Positions 1 to 7,185 of a DNA stretch of 16,545 nt are shown here, in pieces. Made by a program: the position numbers and the translations under genes. Each line of letters begins with the position of its first letter. Positions within the stretch are counted from its first letter, which is position 1. This stretch comes from Desulfurococcales archaeon (GTDB lineage Archaea > Thermoproteota > Thermoprotei_A > Sulfolobales > WAQK01): the NCBI GenBank assembly GCA_027083135.1, contig JALWQH010000031.1, forward strand, positions 1 through 16,545, read 5' to 3'. The notes below the pieces were generated by a model, which saw nothing but the letters and a program-made list of their open reading frames with translations, was not told where the DNA came from and searched no databases.

Positions 1-1
1 G

Positions 2-340
2 GAAAGCTACAGGGGCTTCGTCGACGGGGCTGATGGGAGAGTCATAATAGCATGGTATCCTCAGACAAGGCATGCAAGAGAAGCTGCGACAGGTATGGGT
101 TTAGGCATGCTTGGAATAGGAATACTTGCAGGAGCAGTATTATCCCCCTTCACTGGAGGGTTAAGCATGGTTGGAGGAATAGTGGCAGGTATAGCTGGGG
201 CAATACCCATGCTTAGAAGAGCCTCCCATAGAGTAGCACAGGCCAGCCAGATCCACGAGCTGAGAGGAGGAGAAAGCCTAACAGGCAAGTTGAAGAAGGC
301 TAAGAAGATATGGAGCCTAGGATTCTACATATCAGGCTGA
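2..340 (+). CDS. C-terminal part of a membrane protein, 5'-truncated by the window edge, ending in a glycine-zipper transmembrane helix
   Basis: The reading frame of the listed ORF 95..340 stays open back to the window edge, with no stop between 2 and 340 (ESYRGFVDGADGRVIIAWYPQTRHAREAATG precedes the Met). The C-terminus GMGLGMLGIGILAGAVLSPFTGGLSMVGGIVAGIAGAI is a GxxxG-rich hydrophobic helix followed by a basic tail (RRASHR..KLKKAKK). The antisense ORF 61..288 is Pro-rich low complexity and less protein-like. Confidence 0.45.
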   Translation, partial: ESYRGFVDGADGRVIIAWYPQTRHAREAATGMGLGMLGIGILAGAVLSPFTGGLSMVGGIVAGIAGAIPMLRRASHRVAQASQIHELRGGESLTGKLKKAKKIWSLGFYISG

Positions 341-348
341 GAATGCGG

Positions 349-357
349 TTTATATAT
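349..357 (+). promoter_or_regulatory. TATA-box-like element (TTTATATAT) about 42-50 nt upstream of the ATG at 399
   Basis: Seen directly: gcggTTTATATATtgcc sits in the 58-nt gap before the 399..893 ORF, at archaeal TATA spacing if the 5'UTR is short. Confidence 0.35.
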
Positions 358-398
358 TGCCCACCCACCTATTCATCCAGGCTTTAAAGGTGTGAATA

Positions 399-893
399 AT
401 GGGCAAAGAGACAAGGCTGCTTGAGAAAATAGAGAAAATTATCCCAGGATTCCACGGTTACAAGCAGAAAGAGCTGATCAGAGAGGATGACAAGCTGGTA
501 AGAGAAAAGGTAGCTGCAATCATAGATGACGCCCGCAGAGAACTTGAGAAAACACTTAACAGGTGCCTCCTACTCAACTGCGAATTCCTAGAAGCTATAG
601 ACAGGATACGTAAGAAAGCATTAATGGTGGCTGAAAGAATAAGGCACTCAGAGTACGGCTACTCAGGCTACTTCGACAGGGTGAAGATAAGGGAAGAAGA
701 GCTTGAGAGGCTTTTAGAATATGACTCAAAGCTGCTCGACGAGGCTGAAAGAATACTTGAGGCCTGCCGGGAGGCATCCTCCAAGGTCTCAGATAAGGAG
801 ACCCTGCCGAAAAAACTGTTCAGCCTAGACGACATGCTGGAGACCCTAGATAAACTCATATTGGAGAGAAATAGGATGTTCAAGGTGAAGTGA
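399..893 (+). CDS. hypothetical helical/coiled-coil protein (164 aa), first gene of a coupled pair with the SPFH protein
   Basis: ATG at 399 follows the TATA-like element. Charged heptad-like composition (LEKIEKII..., REELEKTL..., EEELERLLEYDSKLLDEAERILEA). The stop at 891-893 lies 6 nt before the next ATG at 900. I recognise no family. Confidence 0.6.
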   Translation: MGKETRLLEKIEKIIPGFHGYKQKELIREDDKLVREKVAAIIDDARRELEKTLNRCLLLNCEFLEAIDRIRKKALMVAERIRHSEYGYSGYFDRVKIREEELERLLEYDSKLLDEAERILEACREASSKVSDKETLPKKLFSLDDMLETLDKLILERNRMFKVK

Positions 894-899
894 TGCTGC

Positions 900-1910
900 A
901 TGCCTAAAATAATAGAGTGGAGTAATCCAGGTGCAGACGAGATCATTTGGAGGTACCCCAGCGAGAGCATAGAATGGGGATCGCAGCTAATAGTACATGA
1001 ATACGAGGTAGCCGTATTCATGAGGGACGGCAAGCTCTACGATGTCTTCGGCCCAGGCAGGCATACCATAACCACGCTTAACCTCCCACTCCTAGGAAAA
1101 GTATTGAAGACCATTGCAGGATACGATAAGAATCCATTCAGAGCCACGGTGATTTTCGTAAGCTTGAAGGAGTTCCGCGGAACCTTCGGAGGAGAGACCC
1201 AGACAAAGGAGCTCGCCCCTCTCAAATTCTACGGCAGCTACTGGTTCAAGGTATCGGATCCCAAGCCGTTTCTAACAGAGGTTGTGGGAGGCCAGGGCCT
1301 CTACGAGAGCAGCGATGTATCCAAGTTCCTGAGAGGATACTTCAACGAGAATATGATGAAGCATCTCAACACGTACAGCATTGTGGATGTATTCCAGCAT
1401 CTAGACAGGGTGACAATGGAGGTTAAGGTGAAGCTGCTTGAAGACTTCCGCAGGCTGGGGCTGGAGATCATAGACGTCAAGTTCGAGGGAGTTAATACCA
1501 CTGAGGATTGGCGTCAGAGGCTCTTCTGGCTCATGCAGACAGGCAGGGCGGAATACGTGCTGCAAATGGATACAGCCAAGCAGGTTGCAAAGGAGCTAGG
1601 CAAAAGCCCGGGCGCGGCGGTTGGAGCAGGAGTAGCAATAATACCGCCCCTATTCTACCCGCCTCCGCCAGGCCAGCAGGCCCAGCCAGCCCCCCAGGCA
1701 CCACCACCCTCAGCGCAGCCTCCAGCGCCAGCAGCCTCTACAACCACACCCACAGGGTACGTTCCAAGATGCCCATACTGCGGTAAACCTGTCCCCCAGG
1801 GTGCCAGGTTCTGCCCATACTGCGGTAAACCCTTGAAATGGTGTCCCAACGGCCACGTAGCGCCTGCTGAAGCCAAGTTCTGCCCTGTCTGCGGTGCGAA
1901 GCTAGAGTGA
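900..1910 (+). CDS. SPFH/Band-7 superfamily protein of the Band_7_1 (B. subtilis YdjI-like) type, with a C-terminal Pro/Ala/Gln-rich linker and three CxxC...CxxC zinc-ribbon units
   Basis: The N-terminal 230 aa match the Band_7_1 pattern (IEWSNPGADEIIWRYPSESIEWGSQLIVHEYEVAVFMRDGKLYDVFGPGRHTITTLNLPLL...). A low-complexity linker follows (PPLFYPPPPGQQAQPAPQAPPPSAQPPAPAASTTTPT). Then come CPYCGKPVPQGARFCPYCGKPL, WCPNGHVAPAEAKFCPVCGAKL and related units. A 20-nt exact direct repeat (1770-1789 and 1812-1831) encodes the duplicated CPYCGKP. Confidence 0.85.
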   Translation: MPKIIEWSNPGADEIIWRYPSESIEWGSQLIVHEYEVAVFMRDGKLYDVFGPGRHTITTLNLPLLGKVLKTIAGYDKNPFRATVIFVSLKEFRGTFGGETQTKELAPLKFYGSYWFKVSDPKPFLTEVVGGQGLYESSDVSKFLRGYFNENMMKHLNTYSIVDVFQHLDRVTMEVKVKLLEDFRRLGLEIIDVKFEGVNTTEDWRQRLFWLMQTGRAEYVLQMDTAKQVAKELGKSPGAAVGAGVAIIPPLFYPPPPGQQAQPAPQAPPPSAQPPAPAASTTTPTGYVPRCPYCGKPVPQGARFCPYCGKPLKWCPNGHVAPAEAKFCPVCGAKLE

Positions 1911-1985
1911 AAAGCCTACTAGAAAAGAATGATGAAGCATAAATCAAAATTATTTATCACTGATTAATAGAGTTAGCTAAGCATA

Positions 1986-2726
1986 CTAGTATAAGGGCTT
2001 CGGAGCCCTGCCTGTTCTAAGGGTCTGGGCTAAAACCCGCATAACCTTATCTTCAATTCCGAATTTCCTTAGCCTTCCAATGGTTTTCTCAACATTGTAT
2101 GAAGCCCTACGGTGAATAACTCCCTTCTCAGTGTCTATGATCATGTAGGATGCTCTGGGATCACCGTCCCTAGGCTGCCCCACGCTGCCTGGATTGACGA
2201 GGCGCATGGAACCAGTCTCGCGAAGCATGGGTATATGAGTATGCGCCGCCACAACATAGTCCGCCTCCACGTGCCTTGACGCCTGGCTCAACGCCCTGGC
2301 AACCCTCTCCTCAGTGTACCATGGATATATGCCGCTGCATAGAGGACTGTGAGGTGAGGCATGTACAGCGAGGATTCTAAGCCCATCCAGGTTTACGGCA
2401 GCCATGCTGGGCTTAACGCTAAGCATTCTAAGCTCTCTTGCAGAAAGCATACGCCGAGTAACTAGTTCACGGGTAGCTTTAGCAGCGTTCCTGAGGCCCT
2501 GAGCCCCCCAGCATCGAGGCCTCCGAGCTATATATTGATCATGATTACCCCTCACCCATAACGCGGGAGATAGTGAGCGGACCTCGTCTAAAACCTCTCC
2601 TGGGGCAGGGCCATAATCGACGAGATCTCCTGCAACCACTACTTCATCGAATCTCCCAGCATTATTGATAACAGCCTTAAGCGCATCTATGTTGCCATGA
2701 ATATCAGCGATCACTAGTATCCTCAA
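1986..2726 (-). CDS. calcineurin-like metallophosphoesterase (YfcE/MJ0936-like)
   Basis: MRILVIADIHGN...VVVAGDLVDYG...VRGNHD...AAHTHIP. The D-x-H, GD, GNH(D/E) and H-x-H metal-binding motifs appear in canonical order. TTG start at 2726. Confidence 0.9.
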   Translation of the reverse strand: MRILVIADIHGNIDALKAVINNAGRFDEVVVAGDLVDYGPAPGEVLDEVRSLSPALWVRGNHDQYIARRPRCWGAQGLRNAAKATRELVTRRMLSARELRMLSVKPSMAAVNLDGLRILAVHASPHSPLCSGIYPWYTEERVARALSQASRHVEADYVVAAHTHIPMLRETGSMRLVNPGSVGQPRDGDPRASYMIIDTEKGVIHRRASYNVEKTIGRLRKFGIEDKVMRVLAQTLRTGRAPKPLY

Positions 2727-3147
2727 CGGCCATCACCCGGCGTCCAGCCTAAACGGCACAGCTATCCTAAGCCCTAGGAAAGCATGGTAAAAGACTCTTC
2801 TCTCCCCTAGCTCTCACTGAACACCTAGGTAGTATAGTCTCTCAGCCTCTAAAACCCTGGTACTAACCTCTTCATCTATGCCTGTAGCGTTTCCCCTCTC
2901 ATGGTGTTTTTAGTTATTTTTCGATACTTTTAATTCCGTAGGGGGTTGGCCCTCGATGCGGGTTCACCTGCTTCACCCACACCTCATGGGGCTCAGTCAG
3001 GGGCAATGCCACGGGCCTCCCATCTGAGGATAGATATCTTAACCCAATGTTTACTGCATCAATAACATCTCTATCCAGCACTAATCAGTTACCTAGCCAG
3101 GCATGACGCATTCCTTATTTTCTCCCTGTATCCATCATGCTTTCAGG

Positions 3148-3900
3148 ATGATCCCGGGTGGCTGGCGCTTGAAGGTCTTCTTCCTAGGTACAGGAGGCAT
3201 GGTCTCAGCGTCTAGGAGGGCTCAGCCCTCAGTGCTCCTATGGGGCAGCGAGCCCATCCTCCTCGATGCTGGTTGCTGCGTGGAGCGTAGGCTGAAGGCT
3301 CTAGGCATAGATGTCTGCACAATCAACAGGATCTATGTGACGCATAGCCATCTAGACCACATTGGAGGGGTTGCAGCGCTTCTTAATGAGAGGAGTAAGG
3401 CTCATTGCAGCGGCACTATAACCCTATATGCACCGAGAGATGAGAGACTGGAGGCCCTTGTAAAATACTTCTCACCCCGCTCTATCCCTAAACCTGAGCT
3501 ATTCTTCTTTGAGCCGCCAAGCATTATTCCATCGCCCAGAGGATGGATGATAAGGGCTATCAGAGCAGTACATCCTGTGCCTTCAGCCTCCTACGTGGTG
3601 GAGGTGGATAACCGTAAAATAGTGTACAGTGGTGATACGTCGTTTAACCCTGAGCTTGCAGATGAGTGCCAGGATGCTGACCTAGCAATATATGAGGCAA
3701 CCATGCCTCTATGGATGGGGAAGGATGCTTCCAGGTTCGGGCACTCTACATGGAAGGATGCTGTAGAGGCGTGCAGCGAAGCGAGGATTCTGGCCCTAAT
3801 CCACCTCTCCCTCGAGTCAGAGAGAGAGCTCGTATCTCAGAAAATAGGGGGGAATAAGATAATACTTGTTCCAAGCGACCTAACAGTAGTGGAGGTATAA
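3148..3900 (+). CDS. MBL-fold metallo-hydrolase (RNase Z/PhnP-like)
   Basis: LKVFFLGTGG (motif I), YVTHSHLDHIGG (HxHxDH motif II), and downstream His/Asp residues. The listed ORF starts at 3103, but the conserved N-terminus begins near MIPGGWRLKVFFLGTGG. I chose ATG 3148 and cannot exclude TTG 3169. Confidence 0.75.
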   Translation: MIPGGWRLKVFFLGTGGMVSASRRAQPSVLLWGSEPILLDAGCCVERRLKALGIDVCTINRIYVTHSHLDHIGGVAALLNERSKAHCSGTITLYAPRDERLEALVKYFSPRSIPKPELFFFEPPSIIPSPRGWMIRAIRAVHPVPSASYVVEVDNRKIVYSGDTSFNPELADECQDADLAIYEATMPLWMGKDASRFGHSTWKDAVEACSEARILALIHLSLESERELVSQKIGGNKIILVPSDLTVVEV

Positions 3901-3903
3901 GCA

Positions 3904-4170
3904 TTGTCGGCTGAGAAGGGGGAAGAGCTTCAAGACTGCATAGTAGAGTATGCTGGGATGAGGATTAAGACAAAGTGCATGTCAGGGCAAGGCATATACC
4001 TATGCCCCATATGCTTCACCTCAGGGCACATGACCATGTTCTATAACGAGAAAGACCTGATACACCACTTAATAGCACATGCTGAGGGCCTAGTGCATGT
4101 GACTAGGAGTAGAGGGGGGAGAACACGTTCCCAGCAGAGAACACTACTGGGAACACGTACACCAATTTGA
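3904..4170 (+). CDS. small C2H2-like zinc-finger protein with a basic R/T-rich tail, possibly co-translated with the MBL hydrolase
   Basis: TTG at 3904 lies 4 nt after the MBL stop. The ORF contains YLCPICFTSGHMTMFYNEKDLIHHLIAH (Cx2C...Hx3-4H) followed by RSRGGRTRSQQRTLLGTRTPI. There is no other coding alternative on either strand here. Confidence 0.4.
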   Translation: MSAEKGEELQDCIVEYAGMRIKTKCMSGQGIYLCPICFTSGHMTMFYNEKDLIHHLIAHAEGLVHVTRSRGGRTRSQQRTLLGTRTPI

Positions 4171-4206
4171 TAGAACCCCACATTGCATCTTTGGAAATGC
4201 TGGACT

Positions 4207-4232
4207 TATCCCGAGAATTCTAGGCGGGATAG
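4207..4232. repeat. perfect 7-bp inverted repeat TATCCCG-(11 nt)-CGGGATA between convergent genes, spanning the stop codon of the minus-strand gene
   Basis: Seen directly: tTATCCCGagaattctaggCGGGATAg. The loop contains the palindrome AGAATTCT. Confidence 0.3.
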
Positions 4233-4588
4233 AATGCAGGTGCCGCCTCAGGGGATCTGGGCACATGTATCTGTAGGCGGAGCGGCACCTCCCCATACTC
4301 TCTTCTCGCTCTTAGAAGGCCTACAACACTATCCGCCAGGTCCTCCGCAGTATTAAGGCTTGAGAGAGGCACAGGGTTGCCGTTAACATATAGGCGTGGA
4401 GCAGGCTTATCCCCCTCTACCCATGGCTCGGAGAATAGGCTTGAACTACTTCTCCAGGCAGTTGTGGGTATTATGTATGCCCATATGCCGTACTCGTCTC
4501 TAAGTATTTTGGCAGCCTCTCGGGCCAGCTTCAGGATCCTCTCACTCTCCTCATCGAACCCTAATATAAGTGTGACATCTACCTCCAC
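4220..4588 (-). CDS. hypothetical protein with thioredoxin/glutaredoxin-like beta-alpha-beta topology but no CxxC
   Basis: VDVTLILGFDEESERILKLAREAAKILRDEYGIWAYIIP...APRLYVNGNPV...LNTAEDLADSVVGLL resembles Thioredoxin_3-type proteins. The active-site CxxC position reads GFDEES. The overlapping + ORF 4377..4613 is Ser-rich low complexity. Confidence 0.5.
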   Translation of the reverse strand: MEVDVTLILGFDEESERILKLAREAAKILRDEYGIWAYIIPTTAWRSSSSLFSEPWVEGDKPAPRLYVNGNPVPLSSLNTAEDLADSVVGLLRARREYGEVPLRLQIHVPRSPEAAPAFYPA

Positions 4589-4717
4589 TTTCCCTCCCAG
4601 TAGTAAAAGCTGAACCTCAGTTTAATTATAAGGTGTTTCCCTAATAGTGGAGATTAAGGCTGGATGCGGAGTATTTCTTTAAGGATCATGCCTATTAGGT
4701 TTCCCAGAGGATAAGGG

Positions 4718-6034
4718 TTGAACAGCAAGCTCTGGGTGCTGCTGTGGAAGGAGCTGCTGGATCTAGCTAGGGATAGGAAGACCCTAATAGCAACGGTGCT
4801 GCTCCCAATGGTATCCATGCCTCTACTAGCCTTAACTACAAGCTACTTCTCAGGGCAGCAGACATCTATAGTGTACCTTGTAGACGAGGATGGAAGTGCA
4901 GGGTGTCTAGGCTCCTACTGTGTAAACTCAACAGAAATATCATCGAAGCTCGTAAGCTTAATAGAGCAGAACAGTCCTCACGGGATGAAGATAGAGGTCC
5001 ATATGTCTCGCAGGGAGCCTCACTCAGGATACGATCTCATGGTTGTGCTTCTCCCAGGATTCACCAGGAATCTGACAAGCCTAGATGAAGTGGCGGTTGT
5101 GAAGATAGCTAAGAATATAGGTTCCTCCAAGGCCGACCAGCTCTACGGTATAAGCCTCTCAGCCCTCTCCTCGCTCTCAGAGGAGTTCTCCAAGCTTAAA
5201 GTAGAATACCTGGCTAATGCGTCGAGGCTTCACGTGAATCCCGATGCGGTGCTACACCCTGTGATGCAGCTACAGGTATTTGTTACTCCTGGGGGAGCTC
5301 CCACGGGGCAGAAGGAGGCTTTTAGAGTATGGTCTGCCAGGTTCCTTGCATTTGCCCTAGCCTTCATAGTCATGCCTCCAACAGTATTCATAACTGACAG
5401 CATTGCGGGGGAGCGTGAACGTAAGACTCTTGAAACACTGCTTGTAGCCCCCATAAGCAGGCGGCTAATATTGACGGCTAAGCTCGTGGCGAGCAGCGTG
5501 CTGGGATTAGTTGCAGCGATGGCTGACGTAGTTGGAGTTATAGTGTTCTTCATGATGCTTGGAGCGCCGATGATGCTGGAGCCAAGCCTACTAGCAGTTC
5601 ACGCAGGGGATGTAGCCTTAACAATATTTGTAACCTCGGCTCTAGTCATACCCATAGTATCCAGGGCTGATACTGCTAGGTCTGCTCAGGCAGCATCATC
5701 CCTCATCACCACTCTGGCAATAATAATATTCTTCGCCATGCTGGCAGTCGATATATATAGGCTTCCTCTCTATATGAAAGCCATACTTTACCTGATCCCC
5801 TATACTCACAGCGCCCTCATAGTATACAACTATGTGATAGGGAATGACTTCATGGTGATTATACATGCATCCGTCCTGCTAGCATTATCCTTGATCCTTC
5901 TCATGGTTTCCTACAAGCTGTTCAGCACTGAGGCGGTTATAATAGGAAGGCCTAAAGGAAAGCCGCGTCGCCCTCGCTCCACTTACATCACCCCTCAGAA
6001 CGTCCCTACGAGCTCATCCGCAGCAAGAAAATGA
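4718..6034 (+). CDS. ABC-2 family transporter permease with a large extracytoplasmic loop between TM1 and TM2
   Basis: N-terminus LWVLLWKELLDLARDRKTLIATVLLPMVSMPLLAL is the typical ABC-2 permease start. A loop of about 170 aa follows, then five hydrophobic segments. TTG start. No ATPase gene lies adjacent. Confidence 0.8.
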   Translation: MNSKLWVLLWKELLDLARDRKTLIATVLLPMVSMPLLALTTSYFSGQQTSIVYLVDEDGSAGCLGSYCVNSTEISSKLVSLIEQNSPHGMKIEVHMSRREPHSGYDLMVVLLPGFTRNLTSLDEVAVVKIAKNIGSSKADQLYGISLSALSSLSEEFSKLKVEYLANASRLHVNPDAVLHPVMQLQVFVTPGGAPTGQKEAFRVWSARFLAFALAFIVMPPTVFITDSIAGERERKTLETLLVAPISRRLILTAKLVASSVLGLVAAMADVVGVIVFFMMLGAPMMLEPSLLAVHAGDVALTIFVTSALVIPIVSRADTARSAQAASSLITTLAIIIFFAMLAVDIYRLPLYMKAILYLIPYTHSALIVYNYVIGNDFMVIIHASVLLALSLILLMVSYKLFSTEAVIIGRPKGKPRRPRSTYITPQNVPTSSSAARK

Positions 6035-6188
6035 TCCTGAATTAAGGGTATTATGCCTTTACTCGTCCTTCACGGTCAGCGTGTAACCGCATGCCTCACC
6101 TCTTCGGCCTCCCCGAAAACTCCTCATCCCCATAGAGATTTATTCTTCAAAGGTTTTGGAGTTAGCGTTAGAGGAGGAGCCTTGAGGG

Positions 6189-6905
6189 ATGCTGGAGGGG
6201 CTGCTGGAGGCTCTTGAAAGCTACGGCCCGCTGGGCGTGTTCCTAATCTCGTTTCTAGGCAACACAATCCCCTACTCCACGGTGCCTTACTTGATCCTGG
6301 TTGCAGCCTATGCTGCAAGCCTTACAACAACCTGGGACTACGTGTTTGTATCTGTGCTTGGAGGCCTGGGAGCAGGGTTGGGCAAAGTGGTTGTCTACTA
6401 TATTGGCAGGACTGCTAGGATAGCCCTTCCCAAGCAGACACGTGTCCAGATGGAGAGGTTTGCAAAGCTGTTTGAGAAGAGCACATTCATAGCGGTATTC
6501 CTATTCGCAGCCCTCCCCCTTCCAGACGACCTGCTCTACATACCTCTAGGCATAGCCAGGTATAATCTAGCATTATTCACTGCAGCCGTCGTGGCGGGCA
6601 AGGTCATTATAACAGGTACAACAGTGTTCTTCGGATCAGCTCTTAAAAGCCTGGTATCCTATACGTTCTCCATAAACCCCCTCCTCTCAGTATTCTCCGC
6701 AGTCGTATTTACAGTGGCTTCAATCGTATTTGTAGTTGAGATGAATTGGGGCAGGGTGCTGGAGGTATATCAGGAGAAAGGCTCCCTGCAGGCATTGGTA
6801 GAGCTGACAATACAATTCTTCCTAGTTTTCATTAAGCTTTTCAGATGGGTGAAGCGTTTAATATATGCTCGCGGCAGGCGAACAGGCCTCTCTGAACGGC
6901 CTTAG
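6189..6905 (+). CDS. DedA/VTT (TVP38/TMEM64/SNARE-associated) family membrane protein
   Basis: LGVFLISFLGNTIPYSTVPYLILVAAY...GKVVVYYIGR...LLYIPLGIARYNLALFTAAVVAGKVI matches the DedA signature (PxPxE-like entry, G..lGr, P.G.aRm...F..a..g). Confidence 0.8.
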   Translation: MLEGLLEALESYGPLGVFLISFLGNTIPYSTVPYLILVAAYAASLTTTWDYVFVSVLGGLGAGLGKVVVYYIGRTARIALPKQTRVQMERFAKLFEKSTFIAVFLFAALPLPDDLLYIPLGIARYNLALFTAAVVAGKVIITGTTVFFGSALKSLVSYTFSINPLLSVFSAVVFTVASIVFVVEMNWGRVLEVYQEKGSLQALVELTIQFFLVFIKLFRWVKRLIYARGRRTGLSERP

Positions 6906-7011
6906 AGAGCCTATAGGAGGCATTGAATGTCGCCTTCCACCCCTGTCCGCCGAACTTGAGGAACAAGGTAATTATAAATTTATTTTAGAGATTATGAGTC
7001 TACTGGTCAAC

Positions 7012-7069
7012 GGGCTGTGAAGAGACTCCGATGGACTGACCTGTGATGCAGGATCAACCGGCTGAGCCC
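7012..7069 (+). ncRNA. candidate archaeal box C/D sRNA
   Basis: The layout is 5'-GGGCu-GUGAAGA(C box, 1 mismatch to RUGAUGA)-12 nt-CUGA(D')-ccu-GUGAUGC(C', 1 mismatch)-12 nt-CUGA(D)-GCCC-3'. Both guide spacers are exactly 12 nt. A 4-bp terminal stem GGGC/GCCC flanks the C and D boxes. The element sits in a 280-nt intergenic region. The reverse complement gives no equivalent architecture. Confidence 0.4.
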
Positions 7070-7185
7070 GATAGGACACGCTTTACATGGGACCTTGATG
7101 ATGTCTTCCATAAAAGACAGCATGCTACTTACTTATCCATAATATTCATATTCTAAGGGCGGTATAGTGATATAAGGTGTTGTGA

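Noticed and set aside
61-288. 75-aa minus-strand ORF overlapping the glycine-zipper ORF
   Set aside because: Pro/Ala-rich low complexity, antisense to a more protein-like frame that stays open to the window edge.
1508-1947. Three overlapping ORFs (1508..1786 +, 1655..1876 -, 1738..1947 -) inside the SPFH gene
   Set aside because: Alternative-frame or antisense readings of the GC-rich Pro/Ala linker region, with Gly/Ala/Pro/Arg low complexity and no independent start signals.
1929-1963. ATGATGA (C-box-like) and CTGA (D-box-like) in the convergent intergenic region between the SPFH and metallophosphoesterase genes
   Set aside because: Only 24 nt separate the boxes, which is too short for C-guide-D'-C'-guide-D. 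There is no terminal stem. The A/T-rich run here is better explained as bidirectional T-tract terminators.
4377-4613. 78-aa + strand ORF overlapping the Trx-like gene
   Set aside because: Ser-rich low-complexity translation. The minus-strand frame has balanced composition and a recognisable fold pattern.
7095-7117. TTGATGA C-box-like motif at 7095-7101 downstream of the candidate sRNA
   Set aside because: No CUGA occurs within the next 60 nt on this strand. It is probably part of the AT-rich promoter region of the 7186 gene (ataatattcatatt at 7139-7152).
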